From Candidatus Entotheonellaceae bacterium (GTDB lineage: Bacteria > Tectomicrobia > Entotheonellia > Entotheonellales > Entotheonellaceae), in the NCBI GenBank assembly GCA_965238075.1, contig OZ250173.1:683145-747144 (forward strand): DNA of 64,000 nucleotides, given 5' to 3'. The position numbers were made by a program, and so were the translations under genes. This document shows positions 20,134 to 29,904 of the stretch, one piece after another; the first letter of the stretch is position 1; every line of letters begins with the position of its first letter. The notes beneath the pieces are model-generated. The model saw only the letters and a list, made by a program, of their open reading frames with translations, was not told the origin of the DNA and did no database searches.

Positions 20134-21504
20134 ATGCCCACGCCCCCGCAACTCTACGCTGATCTGGACCGCGCCATTCCTGCCGTGCGCGAGGAATATG
20201 AGAGTTGGCTGCGCGATTTGGTGGAGATTCCGACGGTGAGCATGGACCCGGCGCACGCTGACGACGTTCGACGCGGGGCAGAGCGGGCGGCTGAGATTCT
20301 GCGGGCGTGCGGGGCTGAGGCTGAGATCGTCGAAACGCCGGGCAATCCCGTTGTTTTCGGAAACATCACCGCCAATTCGGACTACCCCACGGTGGCCATT
20401 TATAACCACATGGACGTGCAGCCCGCCAACGAGCCGCAGTGGGAGAGCGAGCCGTTCGTGTTCCAGCGTCAGGGCGACTGCTACCTGGGTCGCGGCACCA
20501 CGGACGACAAAGGCCCGGCGCTCACCGCGCTGATGGCGGCCCGCTTTGCGTCGCAACAAGGATTGCCGGTGAATTTCCAATTCATCTGGGAGTTGGAGGA
20601 AGAGATCGGCAGCCCGAATTTCGAGCATTTCGTGCAGCAGAAACGGGAAGCCTTGACCTGCCAGTCCGTGCTGGTGTCCGACACCATCTGGCTGTCGCCG
20701 GAAAAGCCCGCGGTGCCCTACGGCCTGCGCGGCATGCTGACCATGCAATGGCGCCTGGAGACCGGCAGCAAAGACAGCCACTCCGGCCTCACCGGCGGCG
20801 CCGCGCGCAACCCCATCGGCGAGTTGGCCGAGCTGATCGCCTGCTGCTACGAGGCGCGCACCGGACGCGTCAGCATTCCCGGCTTTTACGAGGACGTGCA
20901 GCGTCTCAGCAGCGACGAACTGACCCACTTCCTGGGCAGCGGCTTTGATCTGGATGGCTTCCGGCTGGCCCACGGCCTGCATGACTTACGCAGCGACGAC
21001 GTGCGGCAGATCGTGCAAGCCATCTGGAGCGAGCCGACCTTCGAGGTACACGGCATCAGCGGCGGCTACCAGGGCCCGGGCATCAAGACCATCGTGCCCC
21101 ATGAGGCGGAAGCCAAGATCAGCATGCGGCTGGTGCCCAACCAGAACCCCGACCGCATTCTGGAATTGACGCGCGATTTCGTCGCCCGCCTCAATCCCGA
21201 CGTACGCATCACCCCCGGCGGCACCCTGCTTCCCTACCTCGGCGAGTTCAGCGGCTTCTATGGCGACGCGGTGCGCCAAGCGGTGGAATTCGGCTTCGGC
21301 ATGTCCCCCAGCTTCATCCGCGAGGGCGGCTCCATCGGCGCCGTGGTCACCCTCGACACGCTACTGAAGGTCCCCATCGTCTTCCTCGGTCTCAGCCTCC
21401 CGGAACACGGCTACCACGCCCCCAACGAGAACTTCGATTGGGGCCAGGCCAGCGGCGGCATGCGGGCGTTCGTCAAGTATTTTGAAACGCTGTCGGCGGC
21501 GTGA
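20134..21504 (+). CDS. M20-family metallopeptidase/dipeptidase
   Basis: YNHMDVQPANEPQWESEPFVFQRQGDCYLGRGTTDDKGP and WELEEEIGS are metal-binding signatures. Confidence 0.85.
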   Translation: MPTPPQLYADLDRAIPAVREEYESWLRDLVEIPTVSMDPAHADDVRRGAERAAEILRACGAEAEIVETPGNPVVFGNITANSDYPTVAIYNHMDVQPANEPQWESEPFVFQRQGDCYLGRGTTDDKGPALTALMAARFASQQGLPVNFQFIWELEEEIGSPNFEHFVQQKREALTCQSVLVSDTIWLSPEKPAVPYGLRGMLTMQWRLETGSKDSHSGLTGGAARNPIGELAELIACCYEARTGRVSIPGFYEDVQRLSSDELTHFLGSGFDLDGFRLAHGLHDLRSDDVRQIVQAIWSEPTFEVHGISGGYQGPGIKTIVPHEAEAKISMRLVPNQNPDRILELTRDFVARLNPDVRITPGGTLLPYLGEFSGFYGDAVRQAVEFGFGMSPSFIREGGSIGAVVTLDTLLKVPIVFLGLSLPEHGYHAPNENFDWGQASGGMRAFVKYFETLSAA

Positions 21505-21555
21505 GGATACTCAGGCGGGGAGAATCAGTATTGCGCATGACCAAAAGGAATCGAT

Positions 21556-21954
21556 ATGTCAGCTTGGCTGAAAGAAAAAGCAGGCACCATAGCCGCTGTT
21601 GCCGGAACAATCGCCGCGTTCGTCGCCGTCCTGCAATTGTTCGTTGTTGGCCCAATGAACCAGCGATTCGACGCCATGGAAAGGCACATTGACCAGCGCA
21701 CCAACGATTTGACGGTACTGACGAACCAGCGCTTTGACGCTCAGGACCAGCGCCTTGACCGCCTTGCCGACGAGGTTGTAGAACTCCGCAAGCTGACGAT
21801 CAGCATCGGTGAACGGGTATCGCGCAGCGAGGGCCAGATCGAGATTATCCGGGAGCAGATCAAGACCGTGGATGCACCGCAAATCCGGGTCGCAGGTCTG
21901 CGCCAGCACGGACGCCAGACAGCGATTGCCTTTGAGAGCCTGCCCCGTACTTGA
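21556..21954 (+). CDS. Membrane-anchored coiled-coil protein, function unknown
   Basis: One N-terminal hydrophobic helix, then RFDAMERHIDQRTNDL...RFDAQDQRLDRLADEVVELRK repeats. Confidence 0.4.
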   Translation: MSAWLKEKAGTIAAVAGTIAAFVAVLQLFVVGPMNQRFDAMERHIDQRTNDLTVLTNQRFDAQDQRLDRLADEVVELRKLTISIGERVSRSEGQIEIIREQIKTVDAPQIRVAGLRQHGRQTAIAFESLPRT

Positions 21955-22262
21955 TACGGGGTCCGGGGCAGGATTCCCGAGCGGGGAGACGAACACCTCC
22001 TCCTTGTCCCTTGGTATCAGCCGACGCTTCTGATCCTTCCTTCACCTGGAGTCCTGAAAAGGAAACGAGCCTGCAATGAAATCGCGTTTCCTGTCATAAT
22101 GTCCGCGTAGATATTGAACATTGATGGAAATGAAACGGAAATGACCCGCGAAACGACCAGCCTCTATGCCCTGCCTGAGCGGGGGGCGTTCTACGAGACG
22201 ACGGCCATCCTTGACCAGTTGGTAGAAGCCAGAAGCGCCGCCGGGTCCTGGCCGAGCGCCAG

Positions 22263-22568
22263 TTGCACATCCTGGAATCTCTGCTTGATTCGCCTACGCC
22301 GGAAACCACGGATTTGCTTCTTCGTACTGTGAGTGAATACCGCCATCTCAAATACCCCGGCCGCGCGTGGGTCAGAGACGTCATCAATTTGCGGGACATC
22401 GGCGCTATCAGAATCGACGAAAACGGCATCATCACCCTTAATCTTGACTGGCCCCAACAGCTATCGGAGTCGGAATTGCTGGACGGATACGAGAACCTGC
22501 CGTCAGCGGTTTCGGCCAGTCATCCCGCCATGGCCGCTGTGTCCCAACTGCTCAATCGCCGCCGTTGA
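22263..22568 (+). CDS. Hypothetical protein (possibly the 3' part of a frameshifted gene starting near 22141)
   Basis: The ORF has a TTG start. The upstream ORF 22114..22332 (MTRETTSLYALPERGAFYETTAILDQL) runs into it in another frame. No family recognised. Confidence 0.25.
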   Translation: MHILESLLDSPTPETTDLLLRTVSEYRHLKYPGRAWVRDVINLRDIGAIRIDENGIITLNLDWPQQLSESELLDGYENLPSAVSASHPAMAAVSQLLNRRR

Positions 22569-22667
22569 GGAAGGTCTGAACAGGTCGCTACAACACGAAC
22601 AGATACCGCGTTCATCGCCGCGGCACGCCGCTGCTCATTGCCGTGAAAATAGCCCGTTCCAGGTCCC

Positions 22668-22752
22668 ATATCGTCATTCCGGCGCAGGCCGAAATCCAGG
22701 ACCGTTGTACCGCAGAAATCTTCCTGGACCCCGGCTTTCGCCAGGGTGACGA
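22668..22752 (+). repeat. Repeat family B, copy B1
   Basis: atcgtcattccggcgcaggccgaaatccaggaccgttgtaccgcagaaa...ggaccccggc... Confidence 0.7.
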
Positions 22753-22817
22753 GATCCATTTCCATGGCTCTTGATGCGGCCTTGGCGAGGACATGGGATC
22801 CCTATGAAAATAGCCTG

Positions 22818-23006
22818 CGCAACGCCCCGGGCCGTCGTAGGGGCATCCCTTGTGGGTGCCCCTTGTCCCGTGCAGGCACGAACTCACAGGGCGGGCACGA
22901 GACCCGCCCGGGGGAAGCATAACCCCCCAACCCCCCTTGTCAGGGGGGCGGCGGCCACTCCGGGACCGATTTTTATTGACCTTCGCGTGGCCTTGCAAAA
23001 GGCATG
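22818..23006 (+). repeat. Repeat family A, copy A2
   Basis: gcaacgccccgggccgtcgtaggggcatcccttgtgggtgccccttgtcccgtgcaggc...gggcgggcacgagacccgccc...ccccccaaccccccttgtcaggggggc...ggccttgcaaaaggc. Confidence 0.8.
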
Positions 23007-23034
23007 GTGGTTCCGACGGCGTGACGAAACGCTG

Positions 23035-23850
23035 TCAGCTTCGTGAGGGGCGGCGGAACGGCATCGCCAGCAGGCCAAAGAGCGGCCAGCGGTCGGGTTG
23101 GCGGACGTCATCGAGGCCGATAGCCATTGCGGTATGGCCGGCTGCTGGCTGGGCGCGGTAGGTGCCGAAGAGACGGTCCCACCAGGGCAGGTTGAATCCG
23201 AAATTGCTATTGGTTTCTACAGGCAGGGGCGAGTGATGCACGCGGTGCATGTCAGGCGTCACCAGGAACCATCTCAGCACCCGGTCCACCCCGACGGGCA
23301 GGAACACGTTGCCGTGGTTGAACAGGCTGGTGGCGTTGAGGATGACCTCGAACACGAGGACGGCTATCGCCGGCAGTCCAAGGGCAGCCACGACGCCCAT
23401 CTTGTAAATCAGGGAAAGCAGGATTTCGACCGGATGAAATCGCACCCCGGTGGTCACATCGAAATCGCGGTCGCTGTGGTGCACCCGATGGAAACGCCAC
23501 AGCAGCGGCACGGCGTGGAACAGGACGTGCTGCAGGTAAATGGCGAAATCCAGCAACACCACCGCAGCCAGACCCTCTAGCCAAGGGGGCGTCCGGAGCA
23601 GGTGGTTGAACATCCCCCAACCCTGCGCCTCGACGGCCAAGGCCGTACCCACGGCTGAAGCCGCGGACAACAGGCGCAGCACCAGGCTGTCCACCACCAC
23701 CAGCCCCAGATTAGCGATCCATCGCGGCGCGGTCGCCGTGCCTGCCTGGCGCCGCGGCGCCCAGCGCTCAACCAGCGCTACCGCCAGGAAGACGACTCCA
23801 AAGCCGCTCAGGCGTATCCACTGCTCGAATTGCAGAATGACGTCTGGCAC
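23035..23850 (-). CDS. Fatty acid hydroxylase / sterol desaturase family membrane protein
   Basis: His boxes HVLFH, HRVHHSDRDFDV and HRVHHS, with multiple TM segments. Confidence 0.85.
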   Translation of the reverse strand: MPDVILQFEQWIRLSGFGVVFLAVALVERWAPRRQAGTATAPRWIANLGLVVVDSLVLRLLSAASAVGTALAVEAQGWGMFNHLLRTPPWLEGLAAVVLLDFAIYLQHVLFHAVPLLWRFHRVHHSDRDFDVTTGVRFHPVEILLSLIYKMGVVAALGLPAIAVLVFEVILNATSLFNHGNVFLPVGVDRVLRWFLVTPDMHRVHHSPLPVETNSNFGFNLPWWDRLFGTYRAQPAAGHTAMAIGLDDVRQPDRWPLFGLLAMPFRRPSRS

Positions 23851-24019
23851 GGCGAACCTTTTCGTAAATCAGGGGAATCCAAACGAGACACGACCTGTTA
23901 GGCGAGGCAGGTACGATGTGGCTCTTGACAGCAAGCCTTGGCACTTGCCAGGATGGCTAGGGGCGCATGCCTTGCCGGAAACACATCACGACACACCATA
24001 CCACAAGGCGGGAGAACCT

Positions 24020-25828
24020 ATGCTCACCGTTGCAAGGCGTTTCAAGAGAGGGCTTTCGTTACTGACGTTCGGGCTACTGATAATCGGCTGCAGCGGGATG
24101 GCGTTCAGCCAGGGGGACAGCGGCGACGCGCTGCTTGAGCGGTTGAATCAGAACGCCACCGAGTTTCGCTACGAAGTCGGCAAGCCGGGCGGCTCGCTGA
24201 CGCACTCCACAATCAGCGGGCCGAAGACCTTCAATCTGGCGATCTCGACGGAAACGTCGTCCACCGAGATCCTGGGGTACCTGTTCGAGGGGCTGACCGA
24301 GTCCTCGTGGCTGACCGCCCAGATGGAGGGCAACCTGGCCGAGCGCTGGGAGCACTCTGAGGATGGCCTGGTGTGGACGTTTTACCTGCGCAAGGGCGCC
24401 CAGTGGTCCGATGGCGCGCCGTTCACGGCCGACGACGTTCTTTTCACCTTTCAACGCATCGTCTACAACGACGACATCCCCGCCTCGGCGCGGCCGGGCC
24501 TGACGATCCGCTACCTAGACGAAACCACGCAGGAATGGCAGCGCGGGCAGATCGCCGTCGCCAAAATCGACGACCACACCGTCCAATTCACCCTGCCCGT
24601 CCCCTTCGCACCGTTCCTGCGTACGATAGGGACCCCCATTTATCCCAAGCATATTCTGGAAAAACACGTCGACGACGGCAGTTTCACCTCGACCTGGGAC
24701 GTGGGCACCGACCCCGGCGAGATCATCGGCACCGGGCCGTTCACCATCGCACGGTACGACGTCGGCGAACGCATCGTGCTGCGCAAGAACCCGCTTTACT
24801 GGAAGAAAGACGCGGCGGGCGACGCCCTGCCCTATCTGGATCAGGTCGTGTATCTGGTGGTGCAGGACACGGCCGCCGCGGTGCTCAAATTTCAGGCGGG
24901 CGAGACCGATACCCTCGGCGTCACGGGCGACCAATATCCGGTGCTGAAGCCGGAAGAGGCCGCCAAAAATTTCACCCTGCACCGGCAGGGGCCGAATTTC
25001 GGCACCACCTTCCTGGCTTTCAACCAGAACCGCGGCAAGAACCCCGACAACGACCGGGCGTTCGTCGAGCCGGCCAAGCTGAAGTGGTTCACGAATCGGG
25101 ATTTCCGCAAGGCCGTGGCACACAGCGTCGACAAGGACAGCATTATCGACAACGTCATGAACGGCCTGGGATACCCGCAATGGGCCGCCATCAGCCCGGC
25201 GGCGGGGCCGTTCCACAACCCGGACGTCAGCAAGTACGCCTACGATCTGAAACAGGCCAACGCCCTGCTGGACGGCCTCGGCTGGTTCGACCTGGACGGC
25301 GACGGCTTGCGCGAGGACGACGAGGGCAACACCCTGTCCTTCACGCTGGCGACGAATTCCGGCAACGACGTCCGGGAGAAGGTCTGCACGTTGCTGAAAC
25401 AGGACCTCGCCAAGGTCGGCATCCAGGCCAACACCCGCTTCATGGAATTCAACTCGCTGGTGTCGCAACTCGTTAGCACATACGACTGGGACGCCATCGT
25501 CATCGGCTTCACCGGCGGCGTGGAGCCGCACGGCGCCATCAACCTGTGGCACTCGTCGGAGCGCCTGCACCTCTGGTATCCCCTTCAGGAGACGCCGGCC
25601 ACGCCGTGGGAGGCGAAGATTAACGAGCTGTTCGTGCGCGGCAGCCGCGAGATGGATGAGACGAAACGCTATGCCATCTACCACGAGTTCCAGCAGATCG
25701 CGTCGGACAACGTGCCGGTGATCTACACCGCCCTCGCCGAGCGCATCACCGCAATGCGCAATATCTACGGCAACATGACGCCGACGCTGTACGGCCTGTT
25801 CGATGTACGCTACCTTTACGTGCGGTAG
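24020..25828 (+). CDS. ABC transporter substrate-binding protein, family 5 (peptide/nickel type)
   Basis: The start was moved to the ATG at 24020, which has a GGAGA RBS and the signal sequence MLTVARRFKRGLSLLTFGLLIIGCSGMAFS. GGSLTHSTISGPKTFN...YLFEGLTE... is typical of SBP_bac_5. Confidence 0.9.
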   Translation: MLTVARRFKRGLSLLTFGLLIIGCSGMAFSQGDSGDALLERLNQNATEFRYEVGKPGGSLTHSTISGPKTFNLAISTETSSTEILGYLFEGLTESSWLTAQMEGNLAERWEHSEDGLVWTFYLRKGAQWSDGAPFTADDVLFTFQRIVYNDDIPASARPGLTIRYLDETTQEWQRGQIAVAKIDDHTVQFTLPVPFAPFLRTIGTPIYPKHILEKHVDDGSFTSTWDVGTDPGEIIGTGPFTIARYDVGERIVLRKNPLYWKKDAAGDALPYLDQVVYLVVQDTAAAVLKFQAGETDTLGVTGDQYPVLKPEEAAKNFTLHRQGPNFGTTFLAFNQNRGKNPDNDRAFVEPAKLKWFTNRDFRKAVAHSVDKDSIIDNVMNGLGYPQWAAISPAAGPFHNPDVSKYAYDLKQANALLDGLGWFDLDGDGLREDDEGNTLSFTLATNSGNDVREKVCTLLKQDLAKVGIQANTRFMEFNSLVSQLVSTYDWDAIVIGFTGGVEPHGAINLWHSSERLHLWYPLQETPATPWEAKINELFVRGSREMDETKRYAIYHEFQQIASDNVPVIYTALAERITAMRNIYGNMTPTLYGLFDVRYLYVR

Positions 25829-25922
25829 CCATCGGGCTTCGTGCCCGCCCGGCGTCGTGCTCCCCGGACAGGCGGGCGGGTTTGGAGCCTTGCCCGCATC
25901 TCCATAACGAAGAGCCCCGCCC

Positions 25923-27791
25923 ATGTACACCTACATCGTCCAACGCCTGCTGATCACCATCCCGCTGCTCCTCGGCCTCACCTTCGTGATTTTCATGATC
26001 ATTCAAATTGCGCCCGGCGATTTTTTCGACCAGTGGGCCTTGCAGCCCGACCTCGACCAGCGGCAACTGCGGCAGTGGAAGCGCGAGTTCGGAGCGGATA
26101 AAGGCTGGGTGACCCAGTATGTCCGCTGGCTGCGGGGCGTCCTGTTCGACGTGCGCTTCGCCAACGAACGGGTCCGTATCGGCGATTTCGAGTACGACAC
26201 GCTGGCCGACAACCGCGACACCTACGACATTCGGGGCGACGCCACCCCCATCCACGTCCGGCTGCGGGACGAGGGCTCCTTCGCCCTGGCCTTCAACTTC
26301 GACGCCCCCGGCGCGAGGGGCGTGCTGGGCAAGACGGACAACCCCAACGCGGCCAGCGAGCACCCAAGCAGCCACTGGGCCACCGCGGATTTCCAGGCCT
26401 TGGAAATGGAGATGCGCAACGACACGGCTGCCGGCGCGGACGTCTTTCTACGGGTGCAGGACGAGGACGGCCAGGCGTTGGTCGAACGGCGCTTCATCGC
26501 CACCGATGCACCCACCTCGATCACCCTGTCGGACGCCGACTACGCCCGCTTCAGCGTCGCCCGGCAACGCCTCAAAGGATTCATGCTGTTCGCGCAGCAA
26601 CACGGTGGCATGCCGGCAGAATTGCAGGCTGCCTGGCTCGCCGGCGACACCCTGCTCGCCACCAGCCGCCACATCCTCGATCCGAGCAAGCGTCAGGTCC
26701 TGCTGCGCAATCAGTTCCCCGACGGCCTACTCGACCCTGGCCGCTGCGACCGCGTCGAGTTCACGGTACTGCCGCCACCAGCAGTGGACATGACCGTCCA
26801 CATCGGCCTGTATGATGCCGCCGACGGCGCCTACGAAACGTCCATCGCCATGCCCGCCAACACTACCCGGACCGTCTATGTGCCCCTCGCCGATCTGCAG
26901 GCCGCCGGCGTCGATACCACCCGCATGGGTCCGATCAGCTTTCGCAGCGACGCGCCCGGCTCCCTGCTGGTGGACGAAATCCGCCTCGTCAAGGCCGGCA
27001 GCGGCTTCAGCATTGGCGCACCCAATTTCGGCAGGTCCATCGAAAACCGCCAGCCGGTGTGGTCCACCATGTGGCCGTTCTTGAAAAACACCGTGCTGCT
27101 CAACGTTTTCGCCATCCTGTTCACCTGGGTGCTGGCGCTGCCGATCGGCATCTACTCGGCCACCCACCCGTACTCGTTGAGCGACAAGGTCTTCGGCTTC
27201 ATGGCCTACATGGGCATGGCCATCCCGTCGTTCTTCTTCGCACTGCTGCTGCTCTACGCCACCACCTTGACCTACGACTTCAGCCCCAACCACCTGCTGT
27301 ACGAATCGTTCCCCATCGGCGGGCTGACCTCGGCCAGCTACTACGAGATGAGCCGCTGGGAGCGCATGATGGACCTCGCCCGCCATCTGGTGCTGCCGGT
27401 GGTGGTGCTGGGCACCGGCGCCATGGCCGGCCTGGTGCGCGTGCTGCGGGCGGAGTTTCTGGACAAGGGCAACATGCCGTTCGTGGTCACCGCGCGGGCC
27501 AAGGGACTGTCCAATACAGTGGTCAACTACAAGCACATTCTGCGCAACGCCATGACGCCGTTCGTGGCCGGGTTCGGCTCCCTTCTACCGGCCATGATCG
27601 GCGGCTCGGCGCTGGTCGAGATCATCTTCAGCTACCCCGGTATCGGCCAGCTCATGCTCAAGGCCGTGCGCTCCTACGACATCTACCTGGTAATGGCGAG
27701 CTCGCTGGTAAGCGGGATGCTGCTGGTCATCGGCAACCTGATCGCCGACATCCTGCTGGCCTGGGTCGATCCCCGCATCAGCTACGGTTGA
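25923..27791 (+). CDS. ABC transporter permease (OppB/DppB type) with a ~290-aa insertion in the first periplasmic loop
   Basis: The N-terminus YIVQRLLITIPLLLGLTFVIFMIIQIAPGDF and the C-terminal BPD_transp_1 core are canonical. Residues ~76-364 (nt ~26148-27014) have no counterpart in ~310-aa OppB proteins. Confidence 0.85.
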   Translation: MYTYIVQRLLITIPLLLGLTFVIFMIIQIAPGDFFDQWALQPDLDQRQLRQWKREFGADKGWVTQYVRWLRGVLFDVRFANERVRIGDFEYDTLADNRDTYDIRGDATPIHVRLRDEGSFALAFNFDAPGARGVLGKTDNPNAASEHPSSHWATADFQALEMEMRNDTAAGADVFLRVQDEDGQALVERRFIATDAPTSITLSDADYARFSVARQRLKGFMLFAQQHGGMPAELQAAWLAGDTLLATSRHILDPSKRQVLLRNQFPDGLLDPGRCDRVEFTVLPPPAVDMTVHIGLYDAADGAYETSIAMPANTTRTVYVPLADLQAAGVDTTRMGPISFRSDAPGSLLVDEIRLVKAGSGFSIGAPNFGRSIENRQPVWSTMWPFLKNTVLLNVFAILFTWVLALPIGIYSATHPYSLSDKVFGFMAYMGMAIPSFFFALLLLYATTLTYDFSPNHLLYESFPIGGLTSASYYEMSRWERMMDLARHLVLPVVVLGTGAMAGLVRVLRAEFLDKGNMPFVVTARAKGLSNTVVNYKHILRNAMTPFVAGFGSLLPAMIGGSALVEIIFSYPGIGQLMLKAVRSYDIYLVMASSLVSGMLLVIGNLIADILLAWVDPRISYG

Positions 27792-27796
27792 AAGCC

Positions 27797-28984
27797 ATGC
27801 AACAGATCAAGTCCCACAGCCAACCGCGCCCGGCAGAGGCCCCGTCCCGGAGGGCCTCCGGCGATCCGCCTCTGTCGCGCTCGCCATTGCGCCGCGCCCT
27901 GTTCCGGCTGCGCCGCAACCGCCTGGCCATGCTCGGCTTCTGGCTCCTGGTGTTTTTATACGGCAGCGCCGTCTTCGCCGACTTTCTGGCCCCGTATCAC
28001 TACGCCAGCAGCGCCCGCAAGAAGGCGTATCACCCACCGATGATCACCTGGCTGCGCATCTCCGACGCCAACGGCCTGCGTTGGCCCTACCTCACCAACA
28101 GCACGTATGAATTCGACATGAACCAGCGCAAGGTGTACCGCCCGACGCCCGGCGCTGCCTACCCGGTCGGCTTCTTCGTCAAGGGCGATCCCTACCGCCT
28201 GCTGGGGCTGTTCGAGACCCGCGTGCACCTGTTCGGCCTGCGCGGCCTGGAACACGTCGACCCGGACGACCCGAACCGGCCCATGCTCTTCCTGCTCGGT
28301 GCCGACAACTTCGGGCGCGACGTGCTGTCGCGGCTCCTCTACGGCGGGCGCATCTCGCTGTCCGTAGGGCTGATCGGCGTTGCCATCACCTTCGTGCTCG
28401 GCATGCTGGTGGGCGGTGCCTCCGGCTACTTCGGCGGGCGCACCGACATCGCCATCCAGCGCCTGTGCGAAATGCTCATGCTGATCCCGGGCTTCTACCT
28501 GCTGCTGTCGCTGCGCGCCGCCATCCCCGCCAATTGGTCGTCGTTTCAGACTTACGTGGCCATCATCGCCATCCTCAGCTTCATCGGCTGGGCCGGGCTG
28601 GCCCGCACCATCCGTGGCCTGGTGCTGTCCATCGCCGCGATGGATTACGTGGCCAGCGCGCGTGCCATGGGCGTTCCGGACCGCCTCGTCATCGTGCGCC
28701 ACGTGCTGCCCAACACGCTCTCCTACGCCATCGTTTCAGCCACCATGTCCATCCCCGGCTACATCCTGGGCGAGTCCGGCCTCAGCCTGCTCGGCCTCGG
28801 CATCCAGGACCCGGAAGCCTCCTGGGGCAACATGCTGGCGCTATCGATGGACATTGCGCAGATCAAGTTCCATCCGTGGATTCTCATCCCCGGCGCGCTG
28901 ATTTTCGTCACCGTCATGGCATTCAACTACCTCGGCGACGGCCTGCGCGACGCCTTTGACCCACGCGGCGTGCAGGGTAAGTAG
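27797..28984 (+). CDS. ABC transporter permease (OppC/DppC/YejE type)
   Basis: Start at the ATG at 27797. LGADNFGRDVLSRLLYGGRISL and the EAA-loop region ASARAMGVPDRLVIVRHVLPN are present. Confidence 0.9.
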   Translation: MQQIKSHSQPRPAEAPSRRASGDPPLSRSPLRRALFRLRRNRLAMLGFWLLVFLYGSAVFADFLAPYHYASSARKKAYHPPMITWLRISDANGLRWPYLTNSTYEFDMNQRKVYRPTPGAAYPVGFFVKGDPYRLLGLFETRVHLFGLRGLEHVDPDDPNRPMLFLLGADNFGRDVLSRLLYGGRISLSVGLIGVAITFVLGMLVGGASGYFGGRTDIAIQRLCEMLMLIPGFYLLLSLRAAIPANWSSFQTYVAIIAILSFIGWAGLARTIRGLVLSIAAMDYVASARAMGVPDRLVIVRHVLPNTLSYAIVSATMSIPGYILGESGLSLLGLGIQDPEASWGNMLALSMDIAQIKFHPWILIPGALIFVTVMAFNYLGDGLRDAFDPRGVQGK

Positions 28985-29048
28985 AGGAGTGTGCGATAAT
29001 GCACGCCCTGGACTGGCGTAAGCCAACCGGAGCCCAAGAGGGAAAATC

Positions 29049-29189
29049 ATGGCCGACGAGTATGTCAGCAAGGAGCAGTTTGGAGAGTTCGGCAAGCGTA
29101 TGGAGCAGGCGTTTGCCCACGTGCATCAGTGCCTCGACGAGCAGCACCAGAATTTTTGCGATCCACGGCGATATACGCTAAGCGCGTAG
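29049..29189 (+). CDS. Small hypothetical protein (46 aa)
   Basis: MADEYVSKEQFGEFGKRMEQAFAHVHQCLDEQHQNF..., with AGAGGGA 6 nt upstream. Below the ORF-track length cutoff and not verified. Confidence 0.2.
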   Translation: MADEYVSKEQFGEFGKRMEQAFAHVHQCLDEQHQNFCDPRRYTLSA

Positions 29190-29213
29190 CTGGTTGCTCC
29201 AGCTCTACATGCT

Positions 29214-29258
29214 GGTGGTTTTTGGCTTGGTGATTTTTGGCTTGGTGATTTTTGGCTT
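29214..29258. repeat. 3 x 15-bp tandem repeat (ggtg(g/a)tttttggctt)
   Basis: Read directly; intergenic. Confidence 0.85.
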
Positions 29259-29447
29259 CATGGGCAGGGTTGCGCTGATGCCTTTCAAAGAACTGCTTTT
29301 TCAGGTAGGCCCGATACGGGCAGGAGCGCTGATGAGGCACCTCGCTCTGCGTCGGGTGTCGAATTGCGCTATGTTTGGCCGTTTCTCAAAAACGCAACCG
29401 GCAGCGCCCCCAGGGCGCGTCCGCCCGACCCGCAGGAGGATAGCCAC

Positions 29448-29903
29448 ATGAAAGTGTTTTCCGGCATCGAAGAGGCCAAGGAGTACGTCGGCAAGGAAAT
29501 CGGCGTCAGCCCGTGGTACGACATGACGCAGGAGCGCATCAACGCCTTCGCCGACGCCACCGGGGATCACCAGTGGATTCACGTCGACGTTGAACGCGCC
29601 AAGAACGAATCGCCCTTCGGCGGTCCGGTGGCGCACGGGTATTTTACGCTGTCTCTGGCGCCGAAAATGATGTGGGAAGTGTACAAAATGGAAGGCGTCA
29701 CGATGGGCGTCAACTACGGCGTCAACAAGGTGCGCTTTCCCGCCCCGGTGCCCGCCGGCAGCCGTATCCGCATGCACCTGGAACTCAAGGAGTTGCAAGA
29801 CATCGAAGGCGGCGCGCAGGCCGTCATGCTGCTGACCTTCGAGCGCGAGGGGCAGGAGAAACCGGTGTGCGTGGCCGAATCCGTATCGCGCTGGTACGTG
29901 TGA
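29448..29903 (+). CDS. MaoC-like (R)-hydratase/dehydratase hot-dog protein
   Basis: Start at the ATG at 29448, after AGGAGGA. INAFADATGDHQWIHVDVERAKNESPFGGPVAHGYF is the MaoC signature. Confidence 0.85.
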   Translation: MKVFSGIEEAKEYVGKEIGVSPWYDMTQERINAFADATGDHQWIHVDVERAKNESPFGGPVAHGYFTLSLAPKMMWEVYKMEGVTMGVNYGVNKVRFPAPVPAGSRIRMHLELKELQDIEGGAQAVMLLTFEREGQEKPVCVAESVSRWYV

Positions 29904-29904
29904 G

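Noticed and set aside
23540-24019. N-terminal extensions of real genes in the ORF track (23540 for the SBP, 27059 for the OppC-like permease, 41483 for iscS, 58848 for pilY1, 58240 for pilX, 35916 for erpA, 29364 for maoC, 45812 for abiJ-like, 47761 for nadD-like, 48570 for ychF).
   Set aside because: The extensions are low-complexity and overlap upstream genes. Internal ATGs with good RBSs and native-looking N-termini (signal peptides, family starts) were chosen instead.
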